A DNA stretch of 64,000 bases, from the UHGV virus genome UHGV-0033546. One strand, written 5' to 3'. Positions 9,583-19,583 of the stretch are shown piece by piece (within the stretch, counting starts at the first letter, position 1; each line of letters opens with the position of its first letter). The notes beneath the pieces were generated by a model. That model ran no database searches and was not told where the DNA came from. It was given only the letters and a program-made list of their open reading frames with translations. A program made the position numbers and the translations under genes. The stretch is from a virus.

Positions 9583-9951
9583 TTAATTACCAATCGTATA
9601 TTTAGGAACGAGTTTCCATTCATGTTTTTGTTTAAAAGAAATAACTCGGAAGTTATTAGTTAGATCTTTCATAAAAGTTCTTTGACCTGGAGCGATTTCA
9701 ATCAGTCCCCAATCTTCTAACAGCCACGCAATCGAATCACGGCGAACTTCATCTTCTTCTGTCATTTCAACCTGACGGCCATCCATACGAAGCATTTCTT
9801 TAAAATGAACGATATAGTATAGTCCTTTTTTCTGAAGAATATGACAGGACTGATACAAAACTTTATCTTTATTATTAGCAATTCCCATACGAGTCAAAGT
9901 TTCTTTTACTTTCAGAAAATCTTCAGGTTTTTTAAGAGTAATTTCAATCAT
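9583..9951 (-). CDS. regA: RegA translational repressor, 122 aa
   Basis: 122 aa between 62 and 43; sequence matches T4 RegA as recalled. Confidence 0.85.
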   Translation of the reverse strand: MIEITLKKPEDFLKVKETLTRMGIANNKDKVLYQSCHILQKKGLYYIVHFKEMLRMDGRQVEMTEEDEVRRDSIAWLLEDWGLIEIAPGQRTFMKDLTNNFRVISFKQKHEWKLVPKYTIGN

Positions 9952-9952
9952 T

Positions 9953-10516
9953 TTACCATTCCAATGCTAGTTTTTTGAGTTGTTTCTGTTCTTTTACATT
10001 CTTAGTCACTTCTTTTAAAAAATCATCCGTGACTAAACCTTTTAGTTCTTTTAATACTAAAGGAAGTTTTCCATTTTTAGTAAGAATTGATTTATAGTTA
10101 ATTGCATCATTTGTATTAACTTGATACCGTTTAGCAAGTAACTTAATAATCAATACTTCGGTAGAATCTTCAACCAGTTTTGCCCATTTACCATATCTTT
10201 TACCACGAGGAACTGCAGCCATCAGATAATTAAAATGAGCTTCATCACTTAATCCGGAACCGATTAAATTCATTGCATATACAGCTGGCATGCACTCCGG
10301 AAATTGTGATAATGCATTTTCAACCATGAATTTTGAATAATCTTTTTGAGCAATAGAGCATTTAGTTTTATTATTAATAGCTCCAATTATTTCAAAAAAT
10401 TCATTTTCAGATTTTTCCTTAAAAGAATCAGCAGCAGATTGGACAGCTGTCCAATCTTTTGAATACCAAGCAACTTGATGCTTGTTTAATTGAATATCAT
10501 CTTCAAATAAGCTCAT
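9953..10516 (-). CDS. 62: gp62 clamp-loader small subunit, 187 aa
   Basis: ATG at 10516 in TGATATG overlap with gene 44 stop; 187 aa; matches T4 gp62. Confidence 0.85.
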   Translation of the reverse strand: MSLFEDDIQLNKHQVAWYSKDWTAVQSAADSFKEKSENEFFEIIGAINNKTKCSIAQKDYSKFMVENALSQFPECMPAVYAMNLIGSGLSDEAHFNYLMAAVPRGKRYGKWAKLVEDSTEVLIIKLLAKRYQVNTNDAINYKSILTKNGKLPLVLKELKGLVTDDFLKEVTKNVKEQKQLKKLALEW

Positions 10517-10517
10517 A

Positions 10518-11477
10518 TCACTTCCACTGCATTTCACATGCTAATTGAATGAAAAGATATGCTAAATGTAATTCCGTATTAGCCGCAATTCCATGATACT
10601 GATTATTTTCACCAACAATTTCATACATACGAATAATACTTTGCGGAGTTACACGTGAATAAATTTCTTCGGCAAGTTTACCTACGAACCACGAATAATC
10701 AGCTGCATATTTTGGTGCTAAAGCTCTGAGTTGTTTAACATCTTTATTTTTGAGAGACTCAAGAACATCATCAATAGCACCACGATCGTTAGTAACCAAT
10801 GATAAAATACCAGCATCCAAAACACCTTTAGATGAATAACTATCGAGCTCACCAATAGTTTTACGAAAATCAGGAAAATTCTTTTTAACCAAAGCTGCTA
10901 CAACTTTCATATCAGCTATAGCAATTCCTTCATGCTTGCAGATTTCAGTCAATCGACGAATCATCTGCTTCATCATTTCAATTTTATCTTCATCAGTCGG
11001 TTGACCGAATGTAATAACTCGGCAGCGTGACTGAAGCGGTTTAATAATACCATCAATATTGTTAGCAGTAATAATAATACTACAGTTTGAACTATAAGCT
11101 TCCATAAAGGAACGAAGATGTCGCTGAGACTCTGCTAACCCTGAACGGTCAAATTCATCAATAACGATTACTTTTTGACGACCATCAAATGAAGCTGCAC
11201 TAGCAAAATTAGTCAAAGGACCACGAACGAAATCAATTTTACAATCTGACCCATTCACAAACATCATATCAGCATTTACATCATGACACAATGCTTTTGC
11301 TACAGTTGTTTTACCTGTTCCTGGAGAAGGAGAATGAAGAATAATATGTGGAATCTTACCTTTACTTGTAATAGATTTAAAGGTTTCTTTATCAAAGGCG
11401 GGAAGAATACATTCATCGATAGTAGATGGACGATATTTCTGTTCAAGAATGTGTTCTTTTTCATTTACAGTAATCAT
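10518..11477 (-). CDS. 44: gp44 clamp-loader ATPase (RFC-like), 319 aa
   Basis: Walker A GTGKTT, SRC motif; ATG at 11477 (MITVNEKEH) with GAGGAA SD; matches T4 gp44. Confidence 0.9.
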
Positions 11478-11507
11478 AATTTCCTCATTCAAGTTTTAGT
11501 GTAAATT

Positions 11508-11529
11508 ATAAAGGGCCGAAGCCCTTTAT
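11508..11529 (-). terminator. hairpin with UUCG tetraloop between 45 stop and 44 SD
   Basis: + strand ATAAAGGGC-CGAA-GCCCTTTAT; followed on transcript by UUUAUAAUUU. Confidence 0.45.
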
Positions 11530-12215
11530 TAAAAATCATGGGTAGAATCAGCTTCAAGAGCTACTACATAATTCGCGTGTTCACCTTCAAATTTAGCAGC
11601 ACCTTGTTTACCTTTTGCCCAGAGCAGAAGTTTATAATTTCCTGGTTGCATTTTCATATTTGCCATATTGATAATGAAATTAAATGTATTTTCACCATCA
11701 TAATCACCAAGATTCAAAGAATATTTAACACGGGTCAGAGCAGAATCTTCTACTTTATTAAAACCGTTAATTACGATTTTACCTTCTTTTACCGTGATAG
11801 CAATTGTATCAATTTGCAGACCACGAGATACACGCAACAGTTGTTGAAGGTCTTCAGCTTTAATTTCAGTAACAACAGATGCTACCGGGAATGGAATTGG
11901 TTTATTAGGAGCAACTACTGTACTCGGATCGGCTGCTGGCCAAAAAATTGTTGAACGAGCATCAGCAATTTTAATATTTCCATCTTCTGATTGGGAAATT
12001 TCTGCATCATCATTAACTAGGGACAGAATACCGAGAAAACCGTTCAAATCGTAAATTGCTACATCAAAATCAATAGTGTCAGAAATATTTGCTTCCGCAT
12101 AAGTTGTACCATTAACTGCGCGAGTCATAATAAATTGACCAGATTTAAGCATAATACCGGAGTTAATAGTAGCGAAATTTTTCAAAATATTCAGTGTGTC
12201 TTTAGATAATTTCAT
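11529..12215 (-). CDS. 45: gp45 sliding clamp, 228 aa
   Basis: 228 aa; sequence matches T4 gp45 as recalled; ATGA overlap with upstream endonuclease-like ORF. Confidence 0.9.
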   Translation of the reverse strand: MKLSKDTLNILKNFATINSGIMLKSGQFIMTRAVNGTTYAEANISDTIDFDVAIYDLNGFLGILSLVNDDAEISQSEDGNIKIADARSTIFWPAADPSTVVAPNKPIPFPVASVVTEIKAEDLQQLLRVSRGLQIDTIAITVKEGKIVINGFNKVEDSALTRVKYSLNLGDYDGENTFNFIINMANMKMQPGNYKLLLWAKGKQGAAKFEGEHANYVVALEADSTHDF

Positions 12216-13099
12216 TTCAATTTCCTATTTACATAATAGTTAGACCAGGACCGTACAGCACCCTGATAAGATTCGTCGTTAAACCCATTAGCTACTGCAA
12301 TTTTACGAAATTTATTATAACTCGGTTTTCCGTAAGCATGCCATAAAGATTTTAATTCATCTTCATGTTCAATCCAAGTTCCTCTAGCTTTAGATTTTCT
12401 AAATTTTGATTTGAATTCCGGTGAATTATTTCTAACAGTTGCTTGAATTGAAGCTCTCTGTCTTCTTTCAGCATTATTCCATAACTCTTTTTGAGATTTA
12501 GAAATTTTTGATTTTACACTTTCTGAATTCATTATATCACTAAACTTTTTAGCATAACTGCAATCAAGATATTTCAATTTCATCTTATTTGAAAGTTTAA
12601 GCTTTTTCTCATCGGTCCAGTGATTCTTCATTGAATTAGATATTTTGTATTTTACGTCAGAACTATGTTTGTAACCTTTACGAATACCAACATAATCGGG
12701 CGTAATTTCAGATTGCGAAAGCTTTACAATTTTTCCAGTTAAAACATTTTTATATGTTCCATATCCTTTAGCGCCAATTAAAGTATTTTCATCTGCGTAT
12801 GCTTTATTAAAATATTTTATATTACTTTTTGCTTTAACTTTTAATTGAAAAAATCTTTCCAATTTTCTTGGATCTAATATAGTTTCAGCTAAAATTTTGA
12901 CGGTATATTTAGTGGTTTTAATAAGCTCAAAATATTCATCGCTATAACTCGATGACACGCTTCCAGTATAAATCTTTCCAGCTGAATCAATTATATTTGT
13001 TCCATCGAAAATTGCGTCAATTTTCGAACCTATATAATAACATGGAAAAATATTTTTAGCTTCCCGCTCTGGAAAGCTAATAAGATATACTAAATTCAT
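12212..13099 (-). CDS. free-standing homing-endonuclease-like protein (degenerate GIY-YIG-like N-terminus plus C-terminal DNA-binding module), 295 aa
   Basis: N-terminal VYLIS...(12 aa)...YYIGS resembles the GIY-X10-12-YIG spacing but lacks an obvious catalytic Arg; C-terminal 110 aa homologous to the C-terminus of the HNH ORF at 15437-16291; ATGA overlaps with rpbA stop and 45 start. Confidence 0.5.
   Translation of the reverse strand: MNLVYLISFPEREAKNIFPCYYIGSKIDAIFDGTNIIDSAGKIYTGSVSSSYSDEYFELIKTTKYTVKILAETILDPRKLERFFQLKVKAKSNIKYFNKAYADENTLIGAKGYGTYKNVLTGKIVKLSQSEITPDYVGIRKGYKHSSDVKYKISNSMKNHWTDEKKLKLSNKMKLKYLDCSYAKKFSDIMNSESVKSKISKSQKELWNNAERRQRASIQATVRNNSPEFKSKFRKSKARGTWIEHEDELKSLWHAYGKPSYNKFRKIAVANGFNDESYQGAVRSWSNYYVNRKLK
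12212..13099 (-). mobile_element. putative homing-endonuclease gene insertion between rpbA and 45
   Basis: Endonuclease-like ORF wedged between two conserved replication/transcription genes with precise translational coupling. Confidence 0.4.
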
Positions 13100-13485
13100 T
13101 TATTAAAATCAGCCGCAATTGTTTCTGCAACAATTTGAGCAGCGACAATTAGACGTTCATCTGCATTACCACAATAATCATCTTCAAGGCGTTCACCACA
13201 TGAAGTCATAATAAATTTAGCACCGGCGTTTAAAGATTCTGTCGTATGTTTGCGCATTAGTTCAATCCATTTATTACTTACTTCACGATCGATAGCTTCA
13301 TAATACGCATAACGAGCAGGTGCAGATTTAATTTTATCCTGAATAATTTCCATTGCGTTTTCAGAAAGAGACAAAACCCATGCTCGACGAATTTTATTTT
13401 GGTTTTGTGGATTTGAATCAGAACGCACGTGTTTTGGCTGAATATCTTTTACATCAACAGTATAATTCACAGTAATTTTAGTCAT
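13096..13485 (-). CDS. rpbA: RpbA RNA polymerase-binding protein, 129 aa
   Basis: 129 aa, position upstream of 45, sequence consistent with T4 RpbA. Confidence 0.7.
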   Translation of the reverse strand: MTKITVNYTVDVKDIQPKHVRSDSNPQNQNKIRRAWVLSLSENAMEIIQDKIKSAPARYAYYEAIDREVSNKWIELMRKHTTESLNAGAKFIMTSCGERLEDDYCGNADERLIVAAQIVAETIAADFNK

Positions 13486-13494
13486 AATACACCT

Positions 13495-13683
13495 TTAGTC
13501 ATAATAATCAGTAACAGTCCAAGCTTCATTTCTGTTGGACATTATTTTCATATATTCTGCTTTAAATGCATTCTTAAGCATAGATTCAGTAACTATATGC
13601 TCTTCATTAGAAAAATTATTTCTCAGAATATATCGTTTTATTTCAGGAATAGTTAATAGATGCTGTCCAGTTGAATATTCCAT
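13495..13683 (-). CDS. hypothetical protein, 62 aa (45.2-like)
   Basis: 62-aa ORF with ATG at 13683 between 46 and rpbA. Confidence 0.5.
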   Translation of the reverse strand: MEYSTGQHLLTIPEIKRYILRNNFSNEEHIVTESMLKNAFKAEYMKIMSNRNEAWTVTDYYD

Positions 13684-13738
13684 GTTTTTCCTCCATAGAG
13701 ATTATACTCTAATAAATTAAAGCATAATCTCTTGTAAA

Positions 13739-15421
13739 TTAAACCATTACAGTAAATCGACCAACTTTCTTCATCTGAAGATGCTGACCATATTCTTGCG
13801 GGTCATGGTCTTTATGTGAAATTATAAAAACATTAGTGTTTTTCATTGAATTTATAATATTAGCTACACCTTTAATACCTTCAGCATCAAATGACCCGTC
13901 AAACACTTCATCGAGTATTAATGTACTAATACTAACACCAGATACAATAGAAGCAATATCACGCCAAGTAAATAAAAGAGCAATATCAATTCGCGCTTTT
14001 TCACCTTCACTAAATGAAGCATAACTAAAATCTTCACGACCACGGGATTTAATTGTTTCATTAAATTCTTCATCTAATGTAAACACATAATCCGCTTCCA
14101 TTATTTTAAGATAATGGTTAATCTGCTTATTAAATAATGGAATGTACTTTTTAATAATAGCACCTTTAATACCAGAATCTTTGAGCATATCAGTCAAAAT
14201 TCCTCTGTGGTATTTTTCCATTACTAAATTAGTTTTTGTTTTAACAATTTTATCAAGTTCTTCTTGAAGCAGTGCTATTTCATCAGCATGGTCAATAAAC
14301 TCGGATGATGCTTTTTCGATAGCCGCTTTAACTTTTTTAGCTTTATCTACTGTGGTGATTAAAGACTGCTTTTTATTGCGAATATCATTTGCCAACGTCT
14401 GTTGGGTTTTAATATTATCTCGGTATTCATCAACGAGAACTTTTAAATTATCACGATGTGTTGAAAGCTGTTCAAACGAATGTGTGCATTCAGAAACTTT
14501 ATCTTTAATTTTAGAAACAACTTTATCACCGGAACTTAATTGTGACAAACAGGTTGGACATAATCCACCTTCGTGATACATATTAATGACTTTATTATAC
14601 GAGTCAATTTTTGATTTAATTAAAAATGCTTCTTGACCGATTTTATTAAATGCATCAGTCGGGTCTTCATCCAAAACAATATTAACTAATCTTTCATTAG
14701 CTTCTTCTATTTCCGATTTTAGTGTTCTAGCTTCTTTTGCCAAATCATCATACATATTCTGTAGACGAGTAAGATTATCACCAGTTAATTTTTTCTGGCG
14801 TTCAACATTATCGTTATATATTTTAATTTGTTGGATAATACTGTCTTTTTTAACATCAAGCACTTGGTTCTGCGAATTTAATTCACGTATTAGTGCTTTA
14901 TTAAGCTTATCCATTTCAGCTAATGTTCCTACCTCAAGCAGGTCTTCCACAAGCTTTCTTCGCGCAGGGGTCGACAAACCCATGAAAGGGGTATACCCTG
15001 CTGTACCAAGGACAACAATCTGCTTGAAACTGGCATATGACATTCCGATAAGCTGTTCAAATTCTGCTTGGAAATCTTTACTGCTGGCAGATTCATTAAG
15101 ACGTGTACCGTTAACGGTGATTTCGAAAACGTTTGGTTTTTGTCCTCTTTTGATATAGTACTTTTTCTCATCATATTCCATCCACAATTCAACTAAAAGT
15201 TCTTTCTTATTTGTGCTGTTTATTAATTGGCCTTTCTTTACATCACGAAATGGCTTGCCAAAAAGCCCAAATGTGATGGCTTCTAACATAGTAGACTTAC
15301 CACCGCCATTTCGTCCAGTAATAAGAGTTTTTTGAACCTTATCTAATTGAATGTCAACTCCATTTTGACCAACTGACATTATATTTTTATATTTTACTCT
15401 ATTAAGTTTAAATGATTTCAT
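13739..15421 (-). CDS. 46: gp46 recombination endonuclease subunit (Rad50/SbcC-like ATPase), 560 aa
   Basis: Walker A GRNGGGKST, long coiled coil with CPTC zinc hook, C-terminal signature and Walker B; 560 aa as in T4. Confidence 0.9.
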   Translation of the reverse strand: MKSFKLNRVKYKNIMSVGQNGVDIQLDKVQKTLITGRNGGGKSTMLEAITFGLFGKPFRDVKKGQLINSTNKKELLVELWMEYDEKKYYIKRGQKPNVFEITVNGTRLNESASSKDFQAEFEQLIGMSYASFKQIVVLGTAGYTPFMGLSTPARRKLVEDLLEVGTLAEMDKLNKALIRELNSQNQVLDVKKDSIIQQIKIYNDNVERQKKLTGDNLTRLQNMYDDLAKEARTLKSEIEEANERLVNIVLDEDPTDAFNKIGQEAFLIKSKIDSYNKVINMYHEGGLCPTCLSQLSSGDKVVSKIKDKVSECTHSFEQLSTHRDNLKVLVDEYRDNIKTQQTLANDIRNKKQSLITTVDKAKKVKAAIEKASSEFIDHADEIALLQEELDKIVKTKTNLVMEKYHRGILTDMLKDSGIKGAIIKKYIPLFNKQINHYLKIMEADYVFTLDEEFNETIKSRGREDFSYASFSEGEKARIDIALLFTWRDIASIVSGVSISTLILDEVFDGSFDAEGIKGVANIINSMKNTNVFIISHKDHDPQEYGQHLQMKKVGRFTVMV

Positions 15422-15436
15422 TTTGTATCCAATTGT

Positions 15437-16291
15437 TCACAATGAAGAAAATTCTTTAACTAAAGCCTGTAATGAAGCCTCTATTGGATATCCATTCTTA
15501 ACTAACATTTTCCTAAACATCACATGTTTAGGACGATTATATGATATCCACAATTCATACAATTTATCTTTATTATCCCAATGATAGCCTTTTCGTCGAG
15601 ATGCTATATGAGCTTTTCTAATCTCCGGATTTTTCCAACTAGCAGCTACTGAATTTAATATAGCTATTTTATATTCAGGTTTTGATAAAGCAGCACGAAC
15701 AGCCTTTTGGTGTTTAATTTTATTTTCTTCGTTATTAAACCATTCCCTTGAAGCCATTGAAATTTTTTGTTTTGTTTTAAAATTATTTAATCTTTCTTTG
15801 TTATCTTTCCTATTTTTTGCTACTGAAAAATATTTTAATGCCCTTTCTCTAGCAACATTTCTATTTTGTGGATTTGAATAATACTGTTGAAGCCTTTTTG
15901 ATATTGTGTCACTTACATCCTGTCTTATAAAACTATATTCAGCAGCTATTAAATCAACTTCGGCTAAAGATAAATTTTTATATGTTTTTCCTGACATCAT
16001 TCTATTTAAAGCATTTAGCATTTTTCCATTTTTACCTTTTGCTAATAAGAAATGTGCTTTGAAATGATTAAAATGACTTAAATTAACTAAATTCCATGTA
16101 GATTTTAAATATTCAGGAAATATTGATTTAGGAAGCACGTGGTGTGCTTCCGTTTTACCTGGAGTTTTAACAGTTGAATTCATAGAAATAAAATTAATAT
16201 AAGACTTGGCGTCTTCTTCACTCAACGCTAATTTTTCAACTAATTCCTTTATTAAAAATTCATCATTAATATCAAGTTTAAAATTCTTCAC
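15437..16291 (-). CDS. HNH homing endonuclease (mob-like), 284 aa
   Basis: HNH signature AHHVLPKS...WNLVNLS...HFNHFKAH near N-terminus; basic repeat-rich C-terminus; GTG start at 16291 overlapping upstream stop. Confidence 0.65.
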   Translation of the reverse strand: MKNFKLDINDEFLIKELVEKLALSEEDAKSYINFISMNSTVKTPGKTEAHHVLPKSIFPEYLKSTWNLVNLSHFNHFKAHFLLAKGKNGKMLNALNRMMSGKTYKNLSLAEVDLIAAEYSFIRQDVSDTISKRLQQYYSNPQNRNVARERALKYFSVAKNRKDNKERLNNFKTKQKISMASREWFNNEENKIKHQKAVRAALSKPEYKIAILNSVAASWKNPEIRKAHIASRRKGYHWDNKDKLYELWISYNRPKHVMFRKMLVKNGYPIEASLQALVKEFSSL

Positions 16292-16551
16292 AAAAGATTC
16301 CTTTTAATGTATCTTTTAGACCATTCTATCATATCATCATAATCTAAAAAGTATTCATCAAATTCAGCCATGCAAACAACACCTTGTGCTGCTTTTGATG
16401 TGATATAAATTATTCCAACATATCTAGAATCTTCTTCGGTGTAATCAATATTTGCTATGAATTCATCATTAATGTCAAATGTCGAAAACTTCACAGTATG
16501 CATCCTTAATACAAGATATGGCTGTATCTTGTATTGATTTAGGTGTGTCAT
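16288..16551 (-). CDS. hypothetical protein, 87 aa (possibly shorter from ATG 16503)
   Basis: ATG at 16551; overlaps next upstream ORF by 77 nt in another frame; stop overlaps HNH start. Confidence 0.3.
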   Translation of the reverse strand: MTHLNQYKIQPYLVLRMHTVKFSTFDINDEFIANIDYTEEDSRYVGIIYITSKAAQGVVCMAEFDEYFLDYDDMIEWSKRYIKRNLL

Positions 16552-16738
16552 TATCTAAAATGTTGAAGTTAAAAGATACAGCCCAGTCAGTGCAGACCGT
16601 AACCTTTTTAATACAGTTATCTTCAACTTCTAGTGGTTCAAACCAGTATTCAATAATTTCTTTATGACCAATATCATCTTTTACTTCGCATTCAAAATGC
16701 TGACTCATCATAACATTTTTAAATTCATCAAAAGTCAT
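16475..16738 (-). CDS. hypothetical acidic protein, 87 aa
   Basis: ATG at 16738 in ATGA overlap with gene 47 stop. Confidence 0.4.
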   Translation of the reverse strand: MTFDEFKNVMMSQHFECEVKDDIGHKEIIEYWFEPLEVEDNCIKKVTVCTDWAVSFNFNILDNDTPKSIQDTAISCIKDAYCEVFDI

Positions 16739-17754
16739 TGTGTTGCCTCTACATATAACTGATTTGCATATTGAATAAGTGCTTCGCGATCAGAATCAGT
16801 GATGTCTGGAATTGCATTAATGTATTCTTCCATCAATGTCTGGAGAGATTGAACTTCAACTTCTTCACTATCATCTGACTCGACAGAGTTATCAATCTTT
16901 GACACAACTCGTAACGAATGCACAACTTTTTCTAGTTCGGATTCGAACTTCGTTAGATTTTTGTCTACTTCAGTTACTATAACACGTACTGATAGATTTG
17001 TAAAATCTTTATAGTCAATTTTCCCCTTAAATGGATATTGAATTCGACGATGCCAGGTGGTGTTGTTTGGAATAAATTCCATTCGTTCTGTTTCTGTATC
17101 AAACATCCAGAACCCGCGAGGGTCATTCTCGTCACCTGCAGTTAGTGTCCATGGTGTCCCAATATATCTGACGTTAGCAGCCTCAGAGATAGTATGGAAG
17201 TGACCAGACCACACCTCTTTATAAGTCTTAAGGAAATCAGGTTCAAGACCGTGAGATTTCATTCCTTTATAAAAATAAAATCCATTCAGTTCCCAGTGAC
17301 CGACACAAAAAGAAGCAGATGAAGTTTTGATATGCTCAAGAATTTCACCAGTATTTTCTTCGCACATCCAGGGAATTAAATCAATCAAACATCCGTCAAA
17401 ATCTACTGTGGTAGGCTTATCATATACTTTAACATTAGGATATTTAGCCAAAAGCTCAGTAGAAGCATTTGGATGCATTACATTTTTGTAGTGGAGATCG
17501 TGATTTCCTACAATAGTATGTAGGGTAATACCAGCATCATCAAGCATTTGAACTATTTCACGAGCGAACTCCATAGTTTTATGTGTGATTGCTTTTCGCA
17601 CATCAAAAATATCGCCATATTGAATCCATGTAGTAATTCCATTTTTCTTAGAATATTCTATCGCTTGTTTAATTCCATCAATTTGAATACCGCGAATCCA
17701 CTCATCATCAGCTTTAACACCTAAATGCCAATCACCTAAATTTAAAATTTTCAT
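16735..17754 (-). CDS. 47: gp47 recombination nuclease (Mre11/SbcD-like phosphoesterase), 339 aa
   Basis: Calcineurin-like phosphoesterase motifs (GDWH, GDIFD, GNHD, GHxH); 339 aa as in T4. Confidence 0.9.
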   Translation of the reverse strand: MKILNLGDWHLGVKADDEWIRGIQIDGIKQAIEYSKKNGITTWIQYGDIFDVRKAITHKTMEFAREIVQMLDDAGITLHTIVGNHDLHYKNVMHPNASTELLAKYPNVKVYDKPTTVDFDGCLIDLIPWMCEENTGEILEHIKTSSASFCVGHWELNGFYFYKGMKSHGLEPDFLKTYKEVWSGHFHTISEAANVRYIGTPWTLTAGDENDPRGFWMFDTETERMEFIPNNTTWHRRIQYPFKGKIDYKDFTNLSVRVIVTEVDKNLTKFESELEKVVHSLRVVSKIDNSVESDDSEEVEVQSLQTLMEEYINAIPDITDSDREALIQYANQLYVEATQ

Positions 17755-17914
17755 ATGTCAAGAACCGTCATTGAAATGCAAAATAAAATTATTGAAATAA
17801 ACCCATCTGGTGTGCTAAAGAACCCAATCCAACATGCTCTAGTGAATAAATAAAACGCGAGAAAAAGTATCACATATCCAAGAAATATCATTATATCAAA
17901 CTCCGTATAAAGCT

Positions 17915-17932
17915 AAAGGGCCGAAGCCCTTT
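17915..17932 (-). terminator. hairpin with UUCG tetraloop overlapping a-gt stop
   Basis: + strand AAAGGGC-CGAA-GCCCTTT; 7-bp stem. Confidence 0.45.
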
Positions 17933-19133
17933 ATTTTGTAATAATGTCAAACTGTTCTTTAAAGCAGAAGCTTGAATCTTGATGCTGATACAAAAATTCA
18001 TAAGCTTTTTCTCGCTCACGGTCATAAAGAGCTCGGTCAGATGACAGTTCTTTAATACGCTCGAATGTCGATTCCATGTCATTTTCGTCAAACCAAACGA
18101 TACCGCTATCATGAGAAATTAACGGAGTATTATCAACACGGAATTTTAAATTTTCGCCAGTAGATTTCCAAAATACCGGAATTGTTCCACACGCTCCAAG
18201 CTCGAGATGAGTATATTCTAAAGAACGTTGTAGATATTTTTTGTCCAACTTACTCAACTGATAACCAAAACCGGATTTACTCATGCGTTCAAGCATTTCG
18301 CTATTTACATAACGATCAAGAATTTGCGTTGGCAAATTAGGAGCAATTTTAATTTGGTCTACTTGATGAAGACGATAATACTCGTATGGAATTCCTTTTT
18401 CTTTAATAGGAATGAACGCTGGAGAACGTTCCAGACCTTCCATAATAGTACTTAGCCCAGCAGGTTTAAGATGTTTTTCGTGGAAATCAAACATCTGATA
18501 AAAACCTTTCCATGTAGTCGTACGACCAATCCAACGATTGACATTCATGTTAATTTTAGAAACATCTTTCCAGTAGGTTGATCGAACCTTCGCAATATCC
18601 ATAGGAGGCTGAAAGTTGTATACAGTCGGTGCTTCTTCAATATCATCAAACAGAGAAACCGTTTCTGGATACCATTCTTTCATCAAAACTTTATTAAAAT
18701 CGCCATTATCAGAATGACTAAAAATAACATCAGCTCGACGAACAGTTTCTTCTAATCCCAAATTTCGACGCAAAGAAAGAGAAGAATGGTCATGTTGATA
18801 AACTACAACACGAACCGAAGGTTTAATGTTATCAATAATTTTTTTATAGTTATTAATAGTGTCTTCTTCGACTGAAGTAGCAGGAACTGAATTGATAATT
18901 AGAATATCACAATCATTTACCAGCTTAAGCGTTTTATCATATTCTTTTGCCAATAAAACCGGAATTGAAAATGATTTATAATCATGTGCGCAATTACGAG
19001 TAAATGATTTATCTTTAGCATAAACCAAAGTTACTTCATGACCATTTTTAATAAACCAATCACGTTGCTCGAGAGAAAATTTAGTTACACCACAACCTTC
19101 AAGACCCCGAGCCATAAAAATACATACTTTCAT
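17931..19133 (-). CDS. a-gt: alpha-glucosyltransferase (DNA hmC alpha-glucosylation), 400 aa
   Basis: 400 aa; sequence close to T4 alpha-gt as recalled. Confidence 0.9.
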   Translation of the reverse strand: MKVCIFMARGLEGCGVTKFSLEQRDWFIKNGHEVTLVYAKDKSFTRNCAHDYKSFSIPVLLAKEYDKTLKLVNDCDILIINSVPATSVEEDTINNYKKIIDNIKPSVRVVVYQHDHSSLSLRRNLGLEETVRRADVIFSHSDNGDFNKVLMKEWYPETVSLFDDIEEAPTVYNFQPPMDIAKVRSTYWKDVSKINMNVNRWIGRTTTWKGFYQMFDFHEKHLKPAGLSTIMEGLERSPAFIPIKEKGIPYEYYRLHQVDQIKIAPNLPTQILDRYVNSEMLERMSKSGFGYQLSKLDKKYLQRSLEYTHLELGACGTIPVFWKSTGENLKFRVDNTPLISHDSGIVWFDENDMESTFERIKELSSDRALYDREREKAYEFLYQHQDSSFCFKEQFDIITK

Positions 19134-19183
19134 TTAATATCCTCATTGTTTTGGTTTATTTTACCAAAAATTTATAAAGCAAT

Positions 19184-19203
19184 ATAGGAGCCGAAGCTCC
19201 TAT
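19184..19203 (-). terminator. hairpin with UUCG tetraloop upstream of a-gt (8-bp stem, U-rich tail)
   Basis: + strand ATAGGAGC-CGAA-GCTCCTAT. Confidence 0.45.
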
Positions 19204-19376
19204 CCACATAATACACCATACAGAGGCTCATTAGAGCTTCTAAATTTTATACGCTTATATGTTATAGTTCCTTCTGCTTTAGCTTTATCATGAGACTCTT
19301 TAAAGCGTCTCATCATTTCTACTTTAGAGGAACGAATTTTATTATAATCTATTTCACAAGTCTGGGCGTTCATCTT

Positions 19377-19583
19377 TCACAGCTGCCACCATTTTTTGAC
19401 TTGATAAGAATCAACCCACACTTTCATATTAGGGTCTGCTCTTACAATAGGAGGATTAACTTCTTTAATTGAACTATCATGGTATTCTTTTTCAGAAATT
19501 TTCACACAAAGATGACCGTTCAAAGATTCAGTAAATCCTGCATTAATTTTAAGACGCTTGAATTTTACGTGTGTAAGCATCAA
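19377..19583 (-). CDS. hypothetical protein, 68 aa
   Basis: Track ORF in the a-gt to 55 interval. Confidence 0.35.
   Translation of the reverse strand: MMLTHVKFKRLKINAGFTESLNGHLCVKISEKEYHDSSIKEVNPPIVRADPNMKVWVDSYQVKKWWQL

Larger units (their letters stand above)
15437..16738 (-). mobile_element. putative HNH homing-endonuclease cassette (endonuclease plus two small ORFs) between genes 46 and 47
   Basis: About 1.3 kb of non-core ORFs between the two recombination-nuclease genes, which I recall as adjacent in T4. Confidence 0.4.

Noticed and set aside
13709-13738. Possible early promoter upstream of the 62-aa ORF (TTTACA at 13738-13733)
   Set aside because: The -10 region at the required spacing (TTATTA or TATTAG) is a poor match to the family seen elsewhere; left unannotated.
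17891-18112. 73-aa minus-strand ORF overlapping the 3' end of a-gt
   Set aside because: Lies in another frame across the a-gt C-terminus and the terminator hairpin; a-gt frame matches the known protein.
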